64,000 nt of DNA from Octopus bimaculoides. Its lineage: Eukaryota. Made by a program: the position numbers and the translations under genes. The stretch covers positions 33,545,660 to 33,609,659 of the forward strand of contig NC_068985.1 of NCBI RefSeq assembly GCF_001194135.2, written 5' to 3'. Below are positions 13,142 through 25,915 of this stretch, piece by piece. How positions within the stretch are numbered: the first letter of the stretch is position 1; every line of letters begins with the position of its first letter. The notes under the pieces were generated by a model that had not been told where the DNA came from, made no database searches, and was given only the letters and a program-made list of their open reading frames with translations.

Positions 13142-13183
13142 AAGAGCAGACGTGTACTGCATCAATTCAGTCTACTGAAGCAG
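13142..13183 (+). CDS. Candidate 42-nt cassette exon (unverified)
   Basis: 'ctgcttgtctgcttcaagcttttacag|' acceptor and 'CAG|gtaact' donor; length divisible by 3; two open frames (KSRRVLHQFSLLKQ or xEQTCTASIQSTEAx). No homology recognised. Confidence 0.2.
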
Positions 13184-14644
13184 GTAACTAAGTATGAGAA
13201 TTTTTATCATGCCAAATATCCATGATCCTGTTTTGATTCACGGTTGGGATTATTTCACTTCATTTTCATAGTTTGCTAATGGCAGTATATTTCCCCTTCC
13301 TTTAAACTCACAGTTTTCATTCCTTTCTATCCAAGAAACTATTATTAGTGGGGGGGGAAAAAGAATTTGAAATCACTCTAATCTGATAAAGTTCTGGTGC
13401 AGAAGAGAAAAAAATAGAATCATGGAAATTTTGTGAGCTGAGTATTCACCTCAAACTTTTGTATATTGTGTTTGGGACAAAGGCTTGTTTAACAGAGGTT
13501 TATTGTGTTGTAGGTTCTAGTGTTTAGCACAAGTCTTATGATTTGAAATAGGTGAGAAATAAATATCCTTCTGGATAGGATGTCAGTCTGTTCTAGGAGA
13601 TCATTATTTAGTCCAAGGTCTTCCATGAATGGCCAAAGCTATAACAGAGACATTTCAGCCATCACCTTCCTGTATTTTTTATCACTTGTTACAGTGCTTC
13701 GCAGACAAAATTATTCAATGTTTCCTTTTCTTTCAAGACATAGAGTATCATTTGAGGGACATTTTGCTGTTAATTATAGTAGGTTGATTGATCATTGCAC
13801 AGAGGCTTGCATATTAGCTCATGTATAGTAGGTAACAGGGTGTTTTCTTATTTCATTTGTCTTCAAAAGTGCAGAGCAAGAGTACACACATGTGTATGTG
13901 TGTGTGTTAGTAATTGTGTACCTTGTTACAAACTTCATCTACCAACTCAAGATTTAAATTCTTATTTTTGAATCCTGAAGAGAATTTATATCACCTATTG
14001 AGGAAGATAGGAGAAAATTCATTTTTACCACTTATTATTTCATTATATATGCAAAAACTTTTGTTTCATCATCACCTGCTATTGTGACCATAAATTGGTT
14101 TGAATTTCTATCAAAGACAAGAACAATTCTATTCAGGAATGCTGTTTGGTTACAGCTGAATTTTCACTTTTTCAAAGTGATAGCATCTGTTCTGTATTTG
14201 ACACCGTGGTTAGACTTTGAAGAGCCTGGAAGCATTTGAGCAGAAATACTTGAATATAGCTTTAAGTGTTAGTGAAGTTAATGAGGTCCAAATGATTGAA
14301 GCAGTTGATTTTGCATAGATTTCTCATTTGTTCCTGCTTTAATAGAGTGTCATTAGTCACTCATTGGAAAATACTTGATGTTCAGTTTTGTTATTTCATA
14401 TCTCTTTGAAATAAATTTGCCTTCACAACACATTATATATCTTTATGTGAGCGTGTGTGCTATTTTTGTGTGTTTGTATGTGTGTGCTATTTTGTATGTT
14501 TGAGTGCGTGTTTGCATTTAGAAATATGACTGTTTTAAAATATTATATTTCCAATCTTTCATATTTGCTCAATTTTCATTGTTATCCATAGATTGTATGG
14601 CCTTTATTTTGTTGTTGTAATTTGGCCTGATCAGTAGCAATGGA

Positions 14645-15530
14645 TAAGCCCTCATAAGCTTGCAAAGAATGAAGCCAGTATGCTCCGCTGGATGTGTGAT
14701 GTCAGTTTGCATACACGACAGAGTGTAAGTGCCCTGAGAGAAAAGTTGGACCTAAGAAGCATCAGATGTGGTGTGCAAGAGAGACGACTGCACTGGTATG
14801 GTCATGTGTTGCGAATGAATAAGGACAGTTGTGTGAAAAAGTGTCACACCCTAGCAGTTGAGGGAACCTGTGGAAGAGGTAGACCCAGGAAGACCTGGGA
14901 TAAGGTGGTGAAGCATGACCTTTGAACATTGGGCCTTACTGACTAGTGACTCAAACTTTTCAAGATATGCTATGCTTGAGAAGACCCAACAAGCCAAGTG
15001 AGACCATAACCTGTGGCCTATGCTAGCGGGTGTAACCAGCCTACTTATAAGTACCCTTCATTCATTGGACAATAAACTTTGCTTGTAAAAACCTGTTGAG
15101 ACAAGTGAAATCAAAATCAAAATCACTGACGTAGCTGATGACAGTACCACCTGATTGGCACTTGTGCCAGTGGAATGTTAAAAGCACCATCCGAGTGATC
15201 GTTGCCAGGGCTACTGATTGGTTCCCATGCCGGTGGCATGTAAAAAGCACCATTCGAGTGTGATCGTTGCCAGTGTTGCCTTACTGGCACATGTGCTAGT
15301 GGCACGTGAAAAACAACATTCGAGCGTGGTCATTGCCAGTGCCGCCGGACTGGCTCCCATGCAGGTAGCATGTAAAAGCACCCGCTACACTCTCGGAGAG
15401 GTTGGCATTAGGAAGGGCATCCAGCTGTAGAAACTTTGCCAGATCAGATGCAGTCTTCTGGCTCGCCAGTCCTCAGTGAACCTGTCCAACTCATGCCAGT
15501 ATGGAAAGTGGATATTACATCATCATCATA
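14645..15530 (+). mobile_element. 5'-truncated RTE-clade LINE: ORF C-terminus plus 3' UTR
   Basis: ORF 14680..14925 'RRLHWYGHVLRM..EGTCGRGRPRKTW' is a typical RTE C-terminus; the 3' UTR ends in a trinucleotide tail. Confidence 0.85.
15150..15385. repeat. Imperfect ~60-65 bp tandem repeat (about 4 units) inside the RTE 3' UTR
   Basis: Recurrent unit 'gccagtggc..gtaaaaagcaccattcgagtgtgatcgttgccag'. Confidence 0.75.
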
Positions 15531-15535
15531 TATAT

Positions 15536-15718
15536 AGGCGCAGGAGTGGCTGTGTGGTAAGTAGCTTGCTTACCAACCACACGGTTCCGAGTTCAGTCCC
15601 ACTGCATGGCACCTTGGGCAAGTGTCTTCTACTATAGCCTCAGGCCGACCAAAGCCTTGTGAGTGAATTTGATAGACGGAAACTGAAAGAAACCCGTCGT
15701 ATATATATATATATATAT
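15536..15718 (+). mobile_element. Young family A tRNA-derived SINE head running into (AT)n and the gap
   Basis: 'taggcgcaggagtggctgtgtggtaag' (A-box-like), 'gagttcagtccc' (B-box-like), 'ggcaccttgggcaagtgtcttc'. Confidence 0.85.
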
Positions 15719-16134
15719 NNNNNNNNNNNNNNNNNNNNNNNNNNNNNNNNNNNNNNNNNNNNNNNNNNNNNNNNNNNNNNNNNNNNNNNNNNNNNNNNNN
15801 NNNNNNNNNNNNNNNNNNNNNNNNNNNNNNNNNNNNNNNNNNNNNNNNNNNNNNNNNNNNNNNNNNNNNNNNNNNNNNNNNNNNNNNNNNNNNNNNNNNN
15901 NNNNNNNNNNNNNNNNNNNNNNNNNNNNNNNNNNNNNNNNNNNNNNNNNNNNNNNNNNNNNNNNNNNNNNNNNNNNNNNNNNNNNNNNNNNNNNNNNNNN
16001 NNNNNNNNNNNNNNNNNNNNNNNNNNNNNNNNNNNNNNNNNNNNNNNNNNNNNNNNNNNNNNNNNNNNNNNNNNNNNNNNNNNNNNNNNNNNNNNNNNNN
16101 NNNNNNNNNNNNNNNNNNNNNNNNNNNNNNNNNN
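15719..16134. other. Assembly gap (N run)
   Basis: 416 N, preceded by (AT)n. Confidence 1.
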
Positions 16135-16335
16135 CGTTTTCGTGCGGGTGACACGTAAAAGCACCCACTACACTCTCTGAGTGGTTGGCGTTAGGAAGGG
16201 CATCCAGCTGTAGAAACTCTGCCAAATCAGACTGGAGCCTGGTGTTGCCATCCGGTTTCACCAGTCCTCAGTCAAATCGTCCAACCCATGCTAGCATGGA
16301 AAGCGGACGTTAAACGATGATGATGATGATGATGA
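16135..16335 (+). mobile_element. Young RTE-derived tail ending in (GAT)n
   Basis: CpG-retaining copy 'taggaagggcatccagctgtagaaac..agcatggaaagcggacgttaaacgatgatgat'; homologous to 15380-15520. Confidence 0.85.
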
Positions 16336-19029
16336 TATATATATATATATACGAGTGAGTGGGCAAACGAAAGAAGAGCACTCAACAAATTTATTGAGAG
16401 TTACATGTACGGATCAAAACAATTTGGTTCAACTGAGTGCAATAAAAAAAAGATCTCAATGCTCTCTTTCTTGACCTCAGTAGCAACAGCTAGGTTATTT
16501 AATGATATAGGACTAATTTATTGTTGTTCCCATTGTTGAAATATTATAGATTTATATGTGATTTGTCTTGGTTATACTGAATTTTATTATAACTATATTG
16601 TGTTTTGTTCTTGCTTAGTTATTGGAAGAGTTATGTTTTAATACAGTGAAATGATGTATGTACCATTTCAATCATATGACTTTTCCATGATATTTTTCTC
16701 TTACTTCTCTGTTAGTATTTTTTGTAAATAATCTCCAGAAAATTTGTTTTCTTTTAAGTAGATAAACGTATTTGTGTCAGTTTTTCTTCTTTGTAAGCAT
16801 TCATTTCTATTCTAGATATGAATTTATTTTTTATGTAGAAATGAATTTGGTGAATGAATGAGAAATCATATTTCAGCCTCCAAGAGAAAGGTTAAAACTT
16901 AATTTTTTTAAACAGATAAAAAGAAGGTAGCTTCTTAAAAGTTAAATTCAAAGTTAAAGAACAGATATATTCAGTGATAAGTGAAGTTTTGTACAAAAAA
17001 CTATTTAAGAAGAGGATAAGAAATATGGGAACAAATCAAAGTATTCAATATTTTAAGGAAACAACTAAATATATATGCACATGCATGTACATGCATCTAC
17101 ACTTGTGACAGTGCAGCTCTAAAAAGAATACAAAGAATTATATATATATGTTCTTAAAGTTATATAGGATGAGTGAAGTTTAGTTCAAATAGATTTAATT
17201 CATATTCCAATTGATCAAGCTTGTACATGTCTGAAAGTATATGCAAATGCTATAGACAGAGCAATAAATACTGAAATAAAGTAAACAAATATTTTAAACC
17301 TTTTTATTCTAAATATACCTCATGAATTAATGGTGGTGAAGATTTTGAGTTTTTGCTCTGCAGTTGTATGTATACAACTTCTTTGTCCTTCAGTTTTCTT
17401 CTAAATCACTATTTTTTCCTAAATTTTCACTGCCATGTAGTGGATCTTGGCATGCTGTATATGAACTGTCAGACAAAGTTGTGAAAGCTGGTGGAGCATA
17501 TGTTCTGCATTACTTTTGTATGTACCATTATAGAGTATCCTCTCTTTTGTTAATGACATTTCCCAGTAGAAGACTATAGTCAGAGAATGATTATTTTAGG
17601 AAAAAAGCATGATAGCAAAGACAGGAGATTAGTGAAGAATGATGGGCTTAATTAGACAAGCAGTTTCAACAATACTTAACTGAAGGTTATCAAGAACATA
17701 GAAATTGACTATTATAACTGAAATGGATAGTTTTATAATTGTTACATTTATTCATAAAAGCAAAGTAGACAACAGATAAATTTTCTAGACAGAGTAGTTG
17801 TTCTGTTCTATATTGTTTTGCTAGAATAAAGGTAGATGTTATATGAAGGAGGGTGCTGTAAATTTCAATGAAATTTATTGTTAGTTAGTTGGAAACAAAG
17901 TGCTTTCAATTATAGTTACGTTCTCTGACTGTTTAAATTTCATGCAACTTTCTTCATGCATATCTTTACAACTGGTATAAACAAGTTGTTGACATCAGTC
18001 TGTGAGTTATTGACACTTACTAAGTTCTGATATAAATAGAATTTTTAAACAGTCAAGCTTTCTCTTAACTCTCACTTAGTCTCTTAATTATGAATTAATT
18101 TGCTTTCATTAGCTACTCATTTGCTCTTTATGTACTTATGCATAAGCCCTATTTATTAAGTTTTATTTCTCATCTACTATACAGGAATAGTGTTGTAGAG
18201 GTGATTCATTAGTATCACAAGATTTTGAGTAGCAACCACAAATGTCATAGAACTTAAATTCTTACTTAGCTTGTTTAGTACTGCTTTTTTTTACTCTGTA
18301 GAGTATGATGTTGTTCAACTCCAAGTCACTTATGATCCAGAAGACCTATGATCAAAAAGGTGTTCTAGTCATCTTTTTTTCAAACACTGTAATCTAAAAC
18401 TACATCAACCAATGTACCCTTCCTTTTCTACAACTGACAGTCATTTTAGGGAGATTTGGCATCTGTGTCTAGAAGATTGAACAAATGCATAGACGATCAC
18501 TCATTGGTTTTCCACTCTATACAATTATAGTTTTAGTAACTATCCTAATTACAGAGTGTACTGTTTATATTGCATATCATTGTCATCATCAGTGTTTTAC
18601 ATTCACTTTCCATGCTGGCATGGGTTGGACAGTTTTTCTAAGGTGATCTTTTACAGCCAGATGCCCTTCTTGTTGCCAATTTTTGTGTCACCTCCTACAA
18701 AACTTTAGGAATGCAGTGTATTTATTCTAAAACCAGGATACACATGGATATAGATATGTTGAAGTGAAAAAAGCTGAGTAGACATGCATTGGGCTACCTG
18801 TTGAGAAGGTACATGCTATTAAGCATACCTATTATTTCACTGTTGATCTTAACATCTTAGCATGTGAAATTGGGTTTGCAAGATTGATATTATAGGCTGA
18901 ACAGATTGTGGCTGCTGATAGAGTGTTAACCAGACGTCAGATCAAGTCTTATCAGTACCAGGGCTGACTTAACAGTATTGTAAGCTCTCAGGCCAGACAA
19001 TGCATTAGAAGTTATTCTATTTATTGACA

Positions 19030-19230
19030 TCATTGTCTGCTGTGGCATGGTTTCTACAGCTGGATGTCCTTCTTAATGCCAACCACTTAACAGTGTGTGC
19101 TGGGTGCTTTTTATGTGCTACCAGCATGGGTGCATTTATGCAGCACTGACATAGGTGCTTTTTATCTGGCATCGGCACCTAAAAGGATAAGCCTGTATGT
19201 GTGGAGGACAATGACTTTACTTAGCTTGAC
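19030..19230 (-). mobile_element. Eroded RTE-derived tail repeat
   Basis: 'ggcatggtttctacagctggatgtccttcttaatgccaaccact' is the reverse complement of the 16135-16335 type. Confidence 0.6.
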
Positions 19231-19239
19231 ACGTCTTAT

Positions 19240-19780
19240 TTCTATAGCTTTTACTTACTTCAATCATTGGACTGTGGCCTTGCTGGGGCACTTCCTTGAA
19301 GGGTTTAGTCAAATAAACTGATACCAGTACTTATTTTTAAGCCTGGTATTTATTCTATTGGTTTCTTTTGTCAAATCCCTAAGTTATGGGACTGTAAACA
19401 AATGAACACCAGTTGTCAAGTAGGAAACAAGCTTCTTACCACACAACCATGCATGTATCTACCTTTTATCTTTTACTTGTTTCAGTCATTAGACTGCAGC
19501 CATGTTGAGGTACCAGCTTGAAGAGTTTTAAAGCTTAGTACTTATTATATCATTCTCTTTTGCCAAACTGCCAAGTTACAGGAACATAAACAAACCAACA
19601 CAGGTTGTCAGGTGGTGGAATGGACAAACACAAACATGAAGACACACACACACATATATGACAGGCTTCCTTCAGTTTCTGTTTACCAAATCCACTCACA
19701 AGACTTTAGTCAGCCATACAGTGGGACTGAACCCAGAACCATGTGGTTGGGAAGCAAACTTCTTATCACACCTGTGCCTA
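19240..19780 (-). mobile_element. Two stacked, eroded family A SINE copies
   Basis: Repeated 'ttttacttgtttcagtcatt..gactg..gccatg' tails at about 19250 and 19470; head remnant 'gtgggactgaacccagaaccatgtggttgg' at 19720-19770. Confidence 0.6.
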
Positions 19781-19805
19781 TATTTACATCAATTATACAG
19801 AATTC

Positions 19806-19969
19806 TTTATTTGTTTCAGTCATTTTGACTGTGGCCATGCTGGAGCACCACCTTTAGTCGAGCAAATCGACCCCAGGACTTATTCTATCGGTCTCTTTTG
19901 CCGAACCGCTAAGTTACGGTGACGTAAACACACCAGCATCGGTTGTCAAACCCAGACACACAAACATAT

Positions 19970-20013
<44 letters not shown>

Positions 20014-20175
20014 CGGGCTTCTTTCAGTTTCCGTCTACCAAATCCACTCACAAGGCTTTGGTTGGCCTGAGGCTATAGTAGAAGACACTTGCCTAAGGTG
20101 CCACGCAGTGGGACTGAACCCAGAACCATGTGGTTGGTAAGCAAGCTACTTACCACACAGCCACTCCTGCACCTA
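19806..20175 (-). mobile_element. Young full-length family A SINE (head, (TA/CA)n hinge, 'gatagaataag' tail)
   Basis: Head about 93% identical by eye to 15536-15700; tail 'tcagtcattttgactgtggccatgctggagcacc..ccgaaccgctaagttacgg'. Confidence 0.85.
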
Positions 20176-21359
20176 TATATTTTTACAACAATTCTTACTT
20201 ATTATCACTATTATTATTTATATAAACAACATCAAAATCATAACAATTGAACATCATAAAAACAAACAGACTAGCATAAGTCTGACAACAAACCCCTCCA
20301 ACTTTCTGATTATTTACTTTGTCATTCATTTCAAAGCTATGATAAAAAATCAGTTGTCCTTTCTCTTTCTCTTACTCTTTCTCTTTCTTTAACTGTTTTT
20401 CCTTTTCTGTTGCTTTTACTGCATTTTTCTTTTCTTTCACCAGCTCTTTTGTGCTATTTCCTTGTGGGTATACAGGTACATACACATGTAAACATTTACA
20501 CACCACAAATTTCATCATTATTTTATATTATTTTGTTTGATATATTTCTTCTTGCTTTGTGATATAAAAATATATTTAGCTGGAAAATTTTTGAAATAAT
20601 TCCTGTAGACACATTGATATTTTCTGTTTTTAATTTATGAATAATGCAGCTTGGGATTTGAAACGTGCAAAATAAATTTTATGTTTTTGTATTATTATTT
20701 CCTATTAAAGATTATTTTGACTTCAGTAGAAGATTCCAGGCTTTTAACTTGTTTTTTTTTTTTTTACATTTTCTATTATTTTTATTCTATGTTTACCATA
20801 CATCATGCTGATAGAAGGTTTGACGATTCAAACTAAAAAGATCTTTAATGCATCATGTGTTTCAGAACCAAAATACACATTTTCAATACTACATGTCTCA
20901 ACGTCCATTCTTCCATCCTTTCCATCAGGCAGAAGAAACTGGCACTTGTATATTTGTCAATAGAATGGGATATATTACTATTTATACATTACAGTATTAT
21001 AGATCCATTTTAGTCAATTTTACCAATCAGTTTCACACATGAATTATGGGAGTGTCTGAAACTACACTCATCAAAAGAGCTATGGCTCTCTGCTACTGCA
21101 GGTCAGGAAATGTTATATCTAATTTGTAGGTGCTGTCAAAAAATGGAAGGAAAATACCACAGGGCGACATTCACAGTGGAATTCACCAACAATTATGCCC
21201 CTTATTCTCCTTTGAATCCTTTTCAGCCAAAAATCAGTGATATACTTTTCATACCAGACCTTCTAAGATACACTGTTTTACGTTCTCTCTTAACTCTTAT
21301 ATGAAATTGTTTGGCAGAATTGGGTGAAATACTATATTGTGTGTGTGTGTGTATATATA

Positions 21360-21790
21360 TCCTTCATCATCATTTAACATCCATTTTCCATGCTGGCATG
21401 GGTTGGATGGTTTGACAGGAGTTGGCCATATTTCAATTGTCTGTTGTAGCATGGTTTCTAGAACTGGATACCTAATGCCAACCACTTTATAGAGTGTGCT
21501 AGTGCTTTTTATGTGCCACAGGTACAGGTGCAATTGTGCAACACCAGCACAAGTGCATTTTATGTGGCACCAGCACCTGTAAAGGACAAGCCTGTATGGA
21601 TGGCAACGATTTTACTTAGCTTGATACATCTTTCCAAGTACAGCAAATCGTCTCCTGGTCCTGTGTCATTTTCTCAGTGAGGCCCAGTGTCCAAAAATCC
21701 TTTCTCATCACTTCATCCCGCGTCTTCCTGGGTCTAGCCCTTCTACAGGTTCCCTCCACAATTAGAGCTCGGCACTTCTCTATTAACTTG
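21360..21790 (-). mobile_element. RTE LINE 3' end (ORF end plus UTR)
   Basis: ORF 21616..21849 contains 'KCRALIVEGTCRRARPRKTRDEV'; tail with (CAT)n at 21365. Confidence 0.75.
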
Positions 21791-21794
21791 TATG

Positions 21795-21825
<31 letters not shown>

Positions 21826-22664
21826 ACCAAGAGAGAGACAGACAGGCAAGCAGAGAACTCATTGGTTGTTTCTTTCCTTTGTAAAAAAGGAGAGAAATAG
21901 CTTGCTAGGAATCTATTTTATTTTTACTTTGTTAAGGAAATTAAATGACATAAAACATTATTTAATACTTCTATATTTAATTTAATTTGTTTTTTCTTCT
22001 CTCATTTTAGTTACAGCATCTTTAATATTTAAAGCTGCTATTTTTATCTTGGTTGAATGTCTTCAATATGGAGTCATTAAGGTTCTGTTAATTACATTAC
22101 TTATATTACAAATACATTTCTTAAATTGAGAAAGGAAAGTGATAGTTGATTGTTATCAATAAAGAATATTTGGTGGAAGTATTTGACCGAGAGGAAGTTA
22201 TTTTTATTCATACTCCATGAGTTGTGTAGAAAGTGGTAAATTTAAATTGACATACAAATGCATTGCTTCATTAAAACTCTTCCCTGCTCCTGTTAACCAT
22301 AGTTATTTAGTAAGCCACCTGTCAGTTATGCTGTTCTAAGGAGTAGATATTTAAATACTAGCTATTATGTGGATGCTATTTGTTCTTCTACATGATTCTT
22401 CACTATAGAAGACTGGACACCAGATTGTCCGACATATCTGTTCACAGTCATTGCTAAACAAGTTCACAGTACTTTGGTTAGAACGTGCGTAATATTGTAA
22501 CCTCATTTTTCATTAGTTCTTTCTTTTCATTGCAAGGCAAAGAAATGTTAGGAACCTATTGCATTTTTTCATAAGTGAAATAAAATGAAGTTATATAATA
22601 TTAATGAATTTATCTAATTTGACACTTAAGTCTTTAATATTCTGCAAAAGCATGTGGCTTAGTG

Positions 22665-22960
22665 GCTCAAGTATTCAGCTTTTGATTGTAAGGTCATGAG
22701 TTTGATTCCTGGTGATGCATTGTGTCCTTGACCGAGATGCTTCATTTCAGATTACTCAGCTGAAAAAAAAAATGTCATACCTGTAATTCAAAGGGCCAAC
22801 CTTGTCACGTTCTGTGTCATGCTGAATCTCCTTGAGAACTACATTAAGGTTATGTGTGTCTGTAGAGTGCTCAGCCACTTGTACGTTAATTTCATAAGCA
22901 GGTTGTTCTGTTGATTGAACCATCTGGAACACTCATCGTTGTAATCAACAGAGTGCCAGA
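22665..22960 (+). mobile_element. Eroded tRNA-derived SINE, same family as 60937-61297
   Basis: 'gtggcttagtgg..gagtttgattcct' head; body 'aagggccaaccttgtcac..gtgtctgtagagtgctcagcc' matches the reverse complement of 60960-61090. Confidence 0.65.
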
Positions 22961-23939
22961 CCAGGCTTTACTATTCATAGAGAGAAGTTTGTATTTTGGC
23001 CATGATTGAATCTCTTCAGTGCAACGTAATTAAAGGACTATTAATTATACTATTTGAGGCATTAAGTAACAGACGGTTGTAAGCACCACAACTTAAAAAC
23101 CGAGAAAAACAGTCAGAGTTTCACAACTTTCAGAATGCGATATCTCGGCAAGGAATGAAGTTAGGAAGCTGGTTCTGGTCTTAAAATAACTGTGAAGACC
23201 TCTTCTAATCAATCCACCTATGTAAAATTATTTATTTATGTATGCATCTGAAAGATGAAACAATGACTGCATCTTTCTCATTTTGTAGAATATACCAGTA
23301 CTATGAAACAGTGTAATCACATTGCATATTTTAGCCATAATACCAAGAAAAAACATACCGCCCCAAAGGTATTGTTTATGTTTTAATATACCAAGGTAAG
23401 TAAAACAAAATAGTCAGATTATAGCCCATTATTTTTTTATGATGGTAACAAGGAACACTAGAAAATGAGTCATAACACCTCGAAAAATGATACAGGGACC
23501 ATGCCAAAGTTATTGATTGAGCATAGTGAATGGGAGACAAAGTTGGGGTAAGTCATCAATGACAGATATGACAAGAATGACAATGGTTAAGAGACAGAGT
23601 TAAAAATAATGTAGCAGCAGTCCTATGATGTATCTCAAGATAATGGGAAGCACAGAAAGGGGAGATTGGTGAAAACTAAAGTGGGAAGGGATGATATTGT
23701 GAATGAGGGATATATTTTACAAGGAAGTGGTCCTCAGGAGAGTGGGAGAGAACTGGTAGCACAAAGGGGTATGAAGTATGTGCCTATTCTGCTCTCAGAT
23801 GACTATAGATGCTGAATAGTGCTGTGGTTAGAAGAATGATGGAGGGATGGATATTAAGAAGATAAGAAGTATGGCAGGTTTGGTGGGGAAAGATAGAGGG
23901 CAGGGGCCAGTGAGTATGTAGACATAAATATAATGCTTT

Positions 23940-24200
23940 TAGGATCTCACTTTTGTTGTGAGGAACAAGTCTTCTCAAGCACAGTGAATCACCAATCATT
24001 TCCGTCCTTTGTCATCTCCTGTGAGTTTCATCATCTTGAGATCAGCCTACACTACTTTGTCCTATATCTTCCTGGGTCTCCCTCTTCACAAGTTGTGTCC
24101 ACATTCTTGACAAGACAATAACTGCTAAACCCGAAGCTGCAAGGTATTAACTTGGCCATCTGAAAGTCTTCAGCCAAAGATGTCTGTTTAATATATTTTC
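23940..24200 (-). mobile_element. Eroded RTE LINE 3' fragment
   Basis: Minus strand 'gaagagggagacccaggaagatataggacaaagtagtg..gcttgagaagac' parallels 14870-14985. Confidence 0.55.
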
Positions 24201-24285
24201 ATTTAGCTCCTGGGCGATATGATGGGTTATGGCTTGCAACATATTTTTTTCAATCATATTCATTATCTGTTGGCTAAGAGAGAAG

Positions 24286-24323
<38 letters not shown>

Positions 24324-24640
24324 TGAAACAGTTTAGAGCCAAGTATAATTCTCTGCTTCAAGTAGCTTTCACAAAAGATTATCATGGACTGTAGGTGTCT
24401 GGTGATGAATAGGATTATCACTAATAATATAAGCAAGTAGTGAATCTGCAAAATCTTTTGGTTTGGTTACTATGGAAGTGAAGAACCTGTGTATGAAATC
24501 AATTTGATTCTTCCTATTTTGCTAGCTTTGAGGTCTCTCAGGAATATGGTTGAGTGAGAGGTTAAAATATCTGGTTTTCTGTTCTTATATTTTGTTGTTT
24601 TGCTTTTCCACTTAATAAAATAATTTCTGTTGCTTGTTCG

Positions 24641-24700
<60 letters not shown>

Positions 24701-25578
24701 NNNNNNNNNNNNNNNNNNNNNNNNNNNNNNNNNNNNNNNNNNNNNNNNNNNNNNNNNNNNNNNNNNNNNNNNNNNNNNNNNNNNNNNNNNNNNNNNNNNN
24801 NNNNNNNNNNNNNNNNNNNNNNNNNNNNNNNNNNNNNNNNNNNNNNNNNNNNNNNNNNNNNNNNNNNNNNNNNNNNNNNNNNNNNNNNNNNNNNNNNNNN
24901 NNNNNNNNNNNNNNNNNNNNNNNNNNNNNNNNNNNNNNNNNNNNNNNNNNNNNNNNNNNNNNNNNNNNNNNNNNNNNNNNNNNNNNNNNNNNNNNNNNNN
25001 NNNNNNNNNNNNNNNNNNNNNNNNNNNNNNNNNNNNNNNNNNNNNNNNNNNNNNNNNNNNNNNNNNNNNNNNNNNNNNNNNNNNNNNNNNNNNNNNNNNN
25101 NNNNNNNNNNNNNNNNNNNNNNNNNNNNNNNNNNNNNNNNNNNNNNNNNNNNNNNNNNNNNNNNNNNNNNNNNNNNNNNNNNNNNNNNNNNNNNNNNNNN
25201 NNNNNNNNNNNNNNNNNNNNNNNNNNNNNNNNNNNNNNNNNNNNNNNNNNNNNNNNNNNNNNNNNNNNNNNNNNNNNNNNNNNNNNNNNNNNNNNNNNNN
25301 NNNNNNNNNNNNNNNNNNNNNNNNNNNNNNNNNNNNNNNNNNNNNNNNNNNNNNNNNNNNNNNNNNNNNNNNNNNNNNNNNNNNNNNNNNNNNNNNNNNN
25401 NNNNNNNNNNNNNNNNNNNNNNNNNNNNNNNNNNNNNNNNNNNNNNNNNNNNNNNNNNNNNNNNNNNNNNNNNNNNNNNNNNNNNNNNNNNNNNNNNNNN
25501 NNNNNNNNNNNNNNNNNNNNNNNNNNNNNNNNNNNNNNNNNNNNNNNNNNNNNNNNNNNNNNNNNNNNNNNNNNNNNN
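24701..25578. other. Assembly gap (N run)
   Basis: 878 N, preceded by (CT)n(AT)n. Confidence 1.
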
Positions 25579-25915
25579 CTCAAGATACTTACACTCTGAC
25601 GGGTATTCACATTGACATTACACATCCAATGGAGCATACTGGCTTCATTCCTTGCGAGCTTACGTATGTCCTCAACAGTTACAGCCCATGTTTCACTGCC
25701 ATGTAGCATGGTTGTTCGTACGCATGCGTCATACAGTCTGCCTTTTACTCTGAGTGAGAGTCCCTTTGTCGCCAGCAGGGGTAAGAGCTCTCTAAACTTT
25801 GCCCAGGCTATTCTTATTCTAGCAGCTACACTTTCAGCGCACCCACCCCCACTACTAACTTGGTCGCCCAGATAGCGGAAGCTATCGACTACCTCTAGTT
25901 TTTCACCCGATGATG
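25579..25915 (-). mobile_element. RTE-clade reverse transcriptase C-terminal fragment, 5'-truncated at (TA)n
   Basis: 'LEVVDSFRYLGDQVSSGGG..RIAWAKFRELLPLL..KGRLYDACVRTTMLHGSETW..ASMLHWMC' is a typical RTE RT/thumb region; same family as 14645. Confidence 0.9.

Noticed and set aside
15150-15385. Regularly spaced repeats resembling a CRISPR array
   Set aside because: Units are imperfect, lack unique spacers and lie in a eukaryotic LINE 3' UTR; no cas genes.
15570-16261. Long ORFs spanning the first gap (also 24612-25970 and 39514-40128)
   Set aside because: Their length comes from N runs translated as X; only the RTE and RLE portions are real, and those are annotated as transposons.
20850-21330. 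GC-richer stretch that might be a pogo/Tc-type transposase relic
   Set aside because: No diagnostic DDE/D motif or TIRs could be identified by eye; needs a BLASTX search.
21985-22085. Strong acceptor ttttttcttctctcattttag (also (t)n-ccag near 50415)
   Set aside because: No good donor downstream and no recognisable peptide; T tracts ending in AG are expected at this base composition.
23270-23400. Possible 80-nt exon with donors at 23368 (gtattg) and 23395 (gtaagt)
   Set aside because: Only one frame is open to the first donor, the length is not a multiple of 3 and there is no homology; insufficient support.
23450-23930. Purine-rich stretch possibly from a CR1/L2 endonuclease region (minus)
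   Set aside because: Too degenerate to recover a convincing motif.
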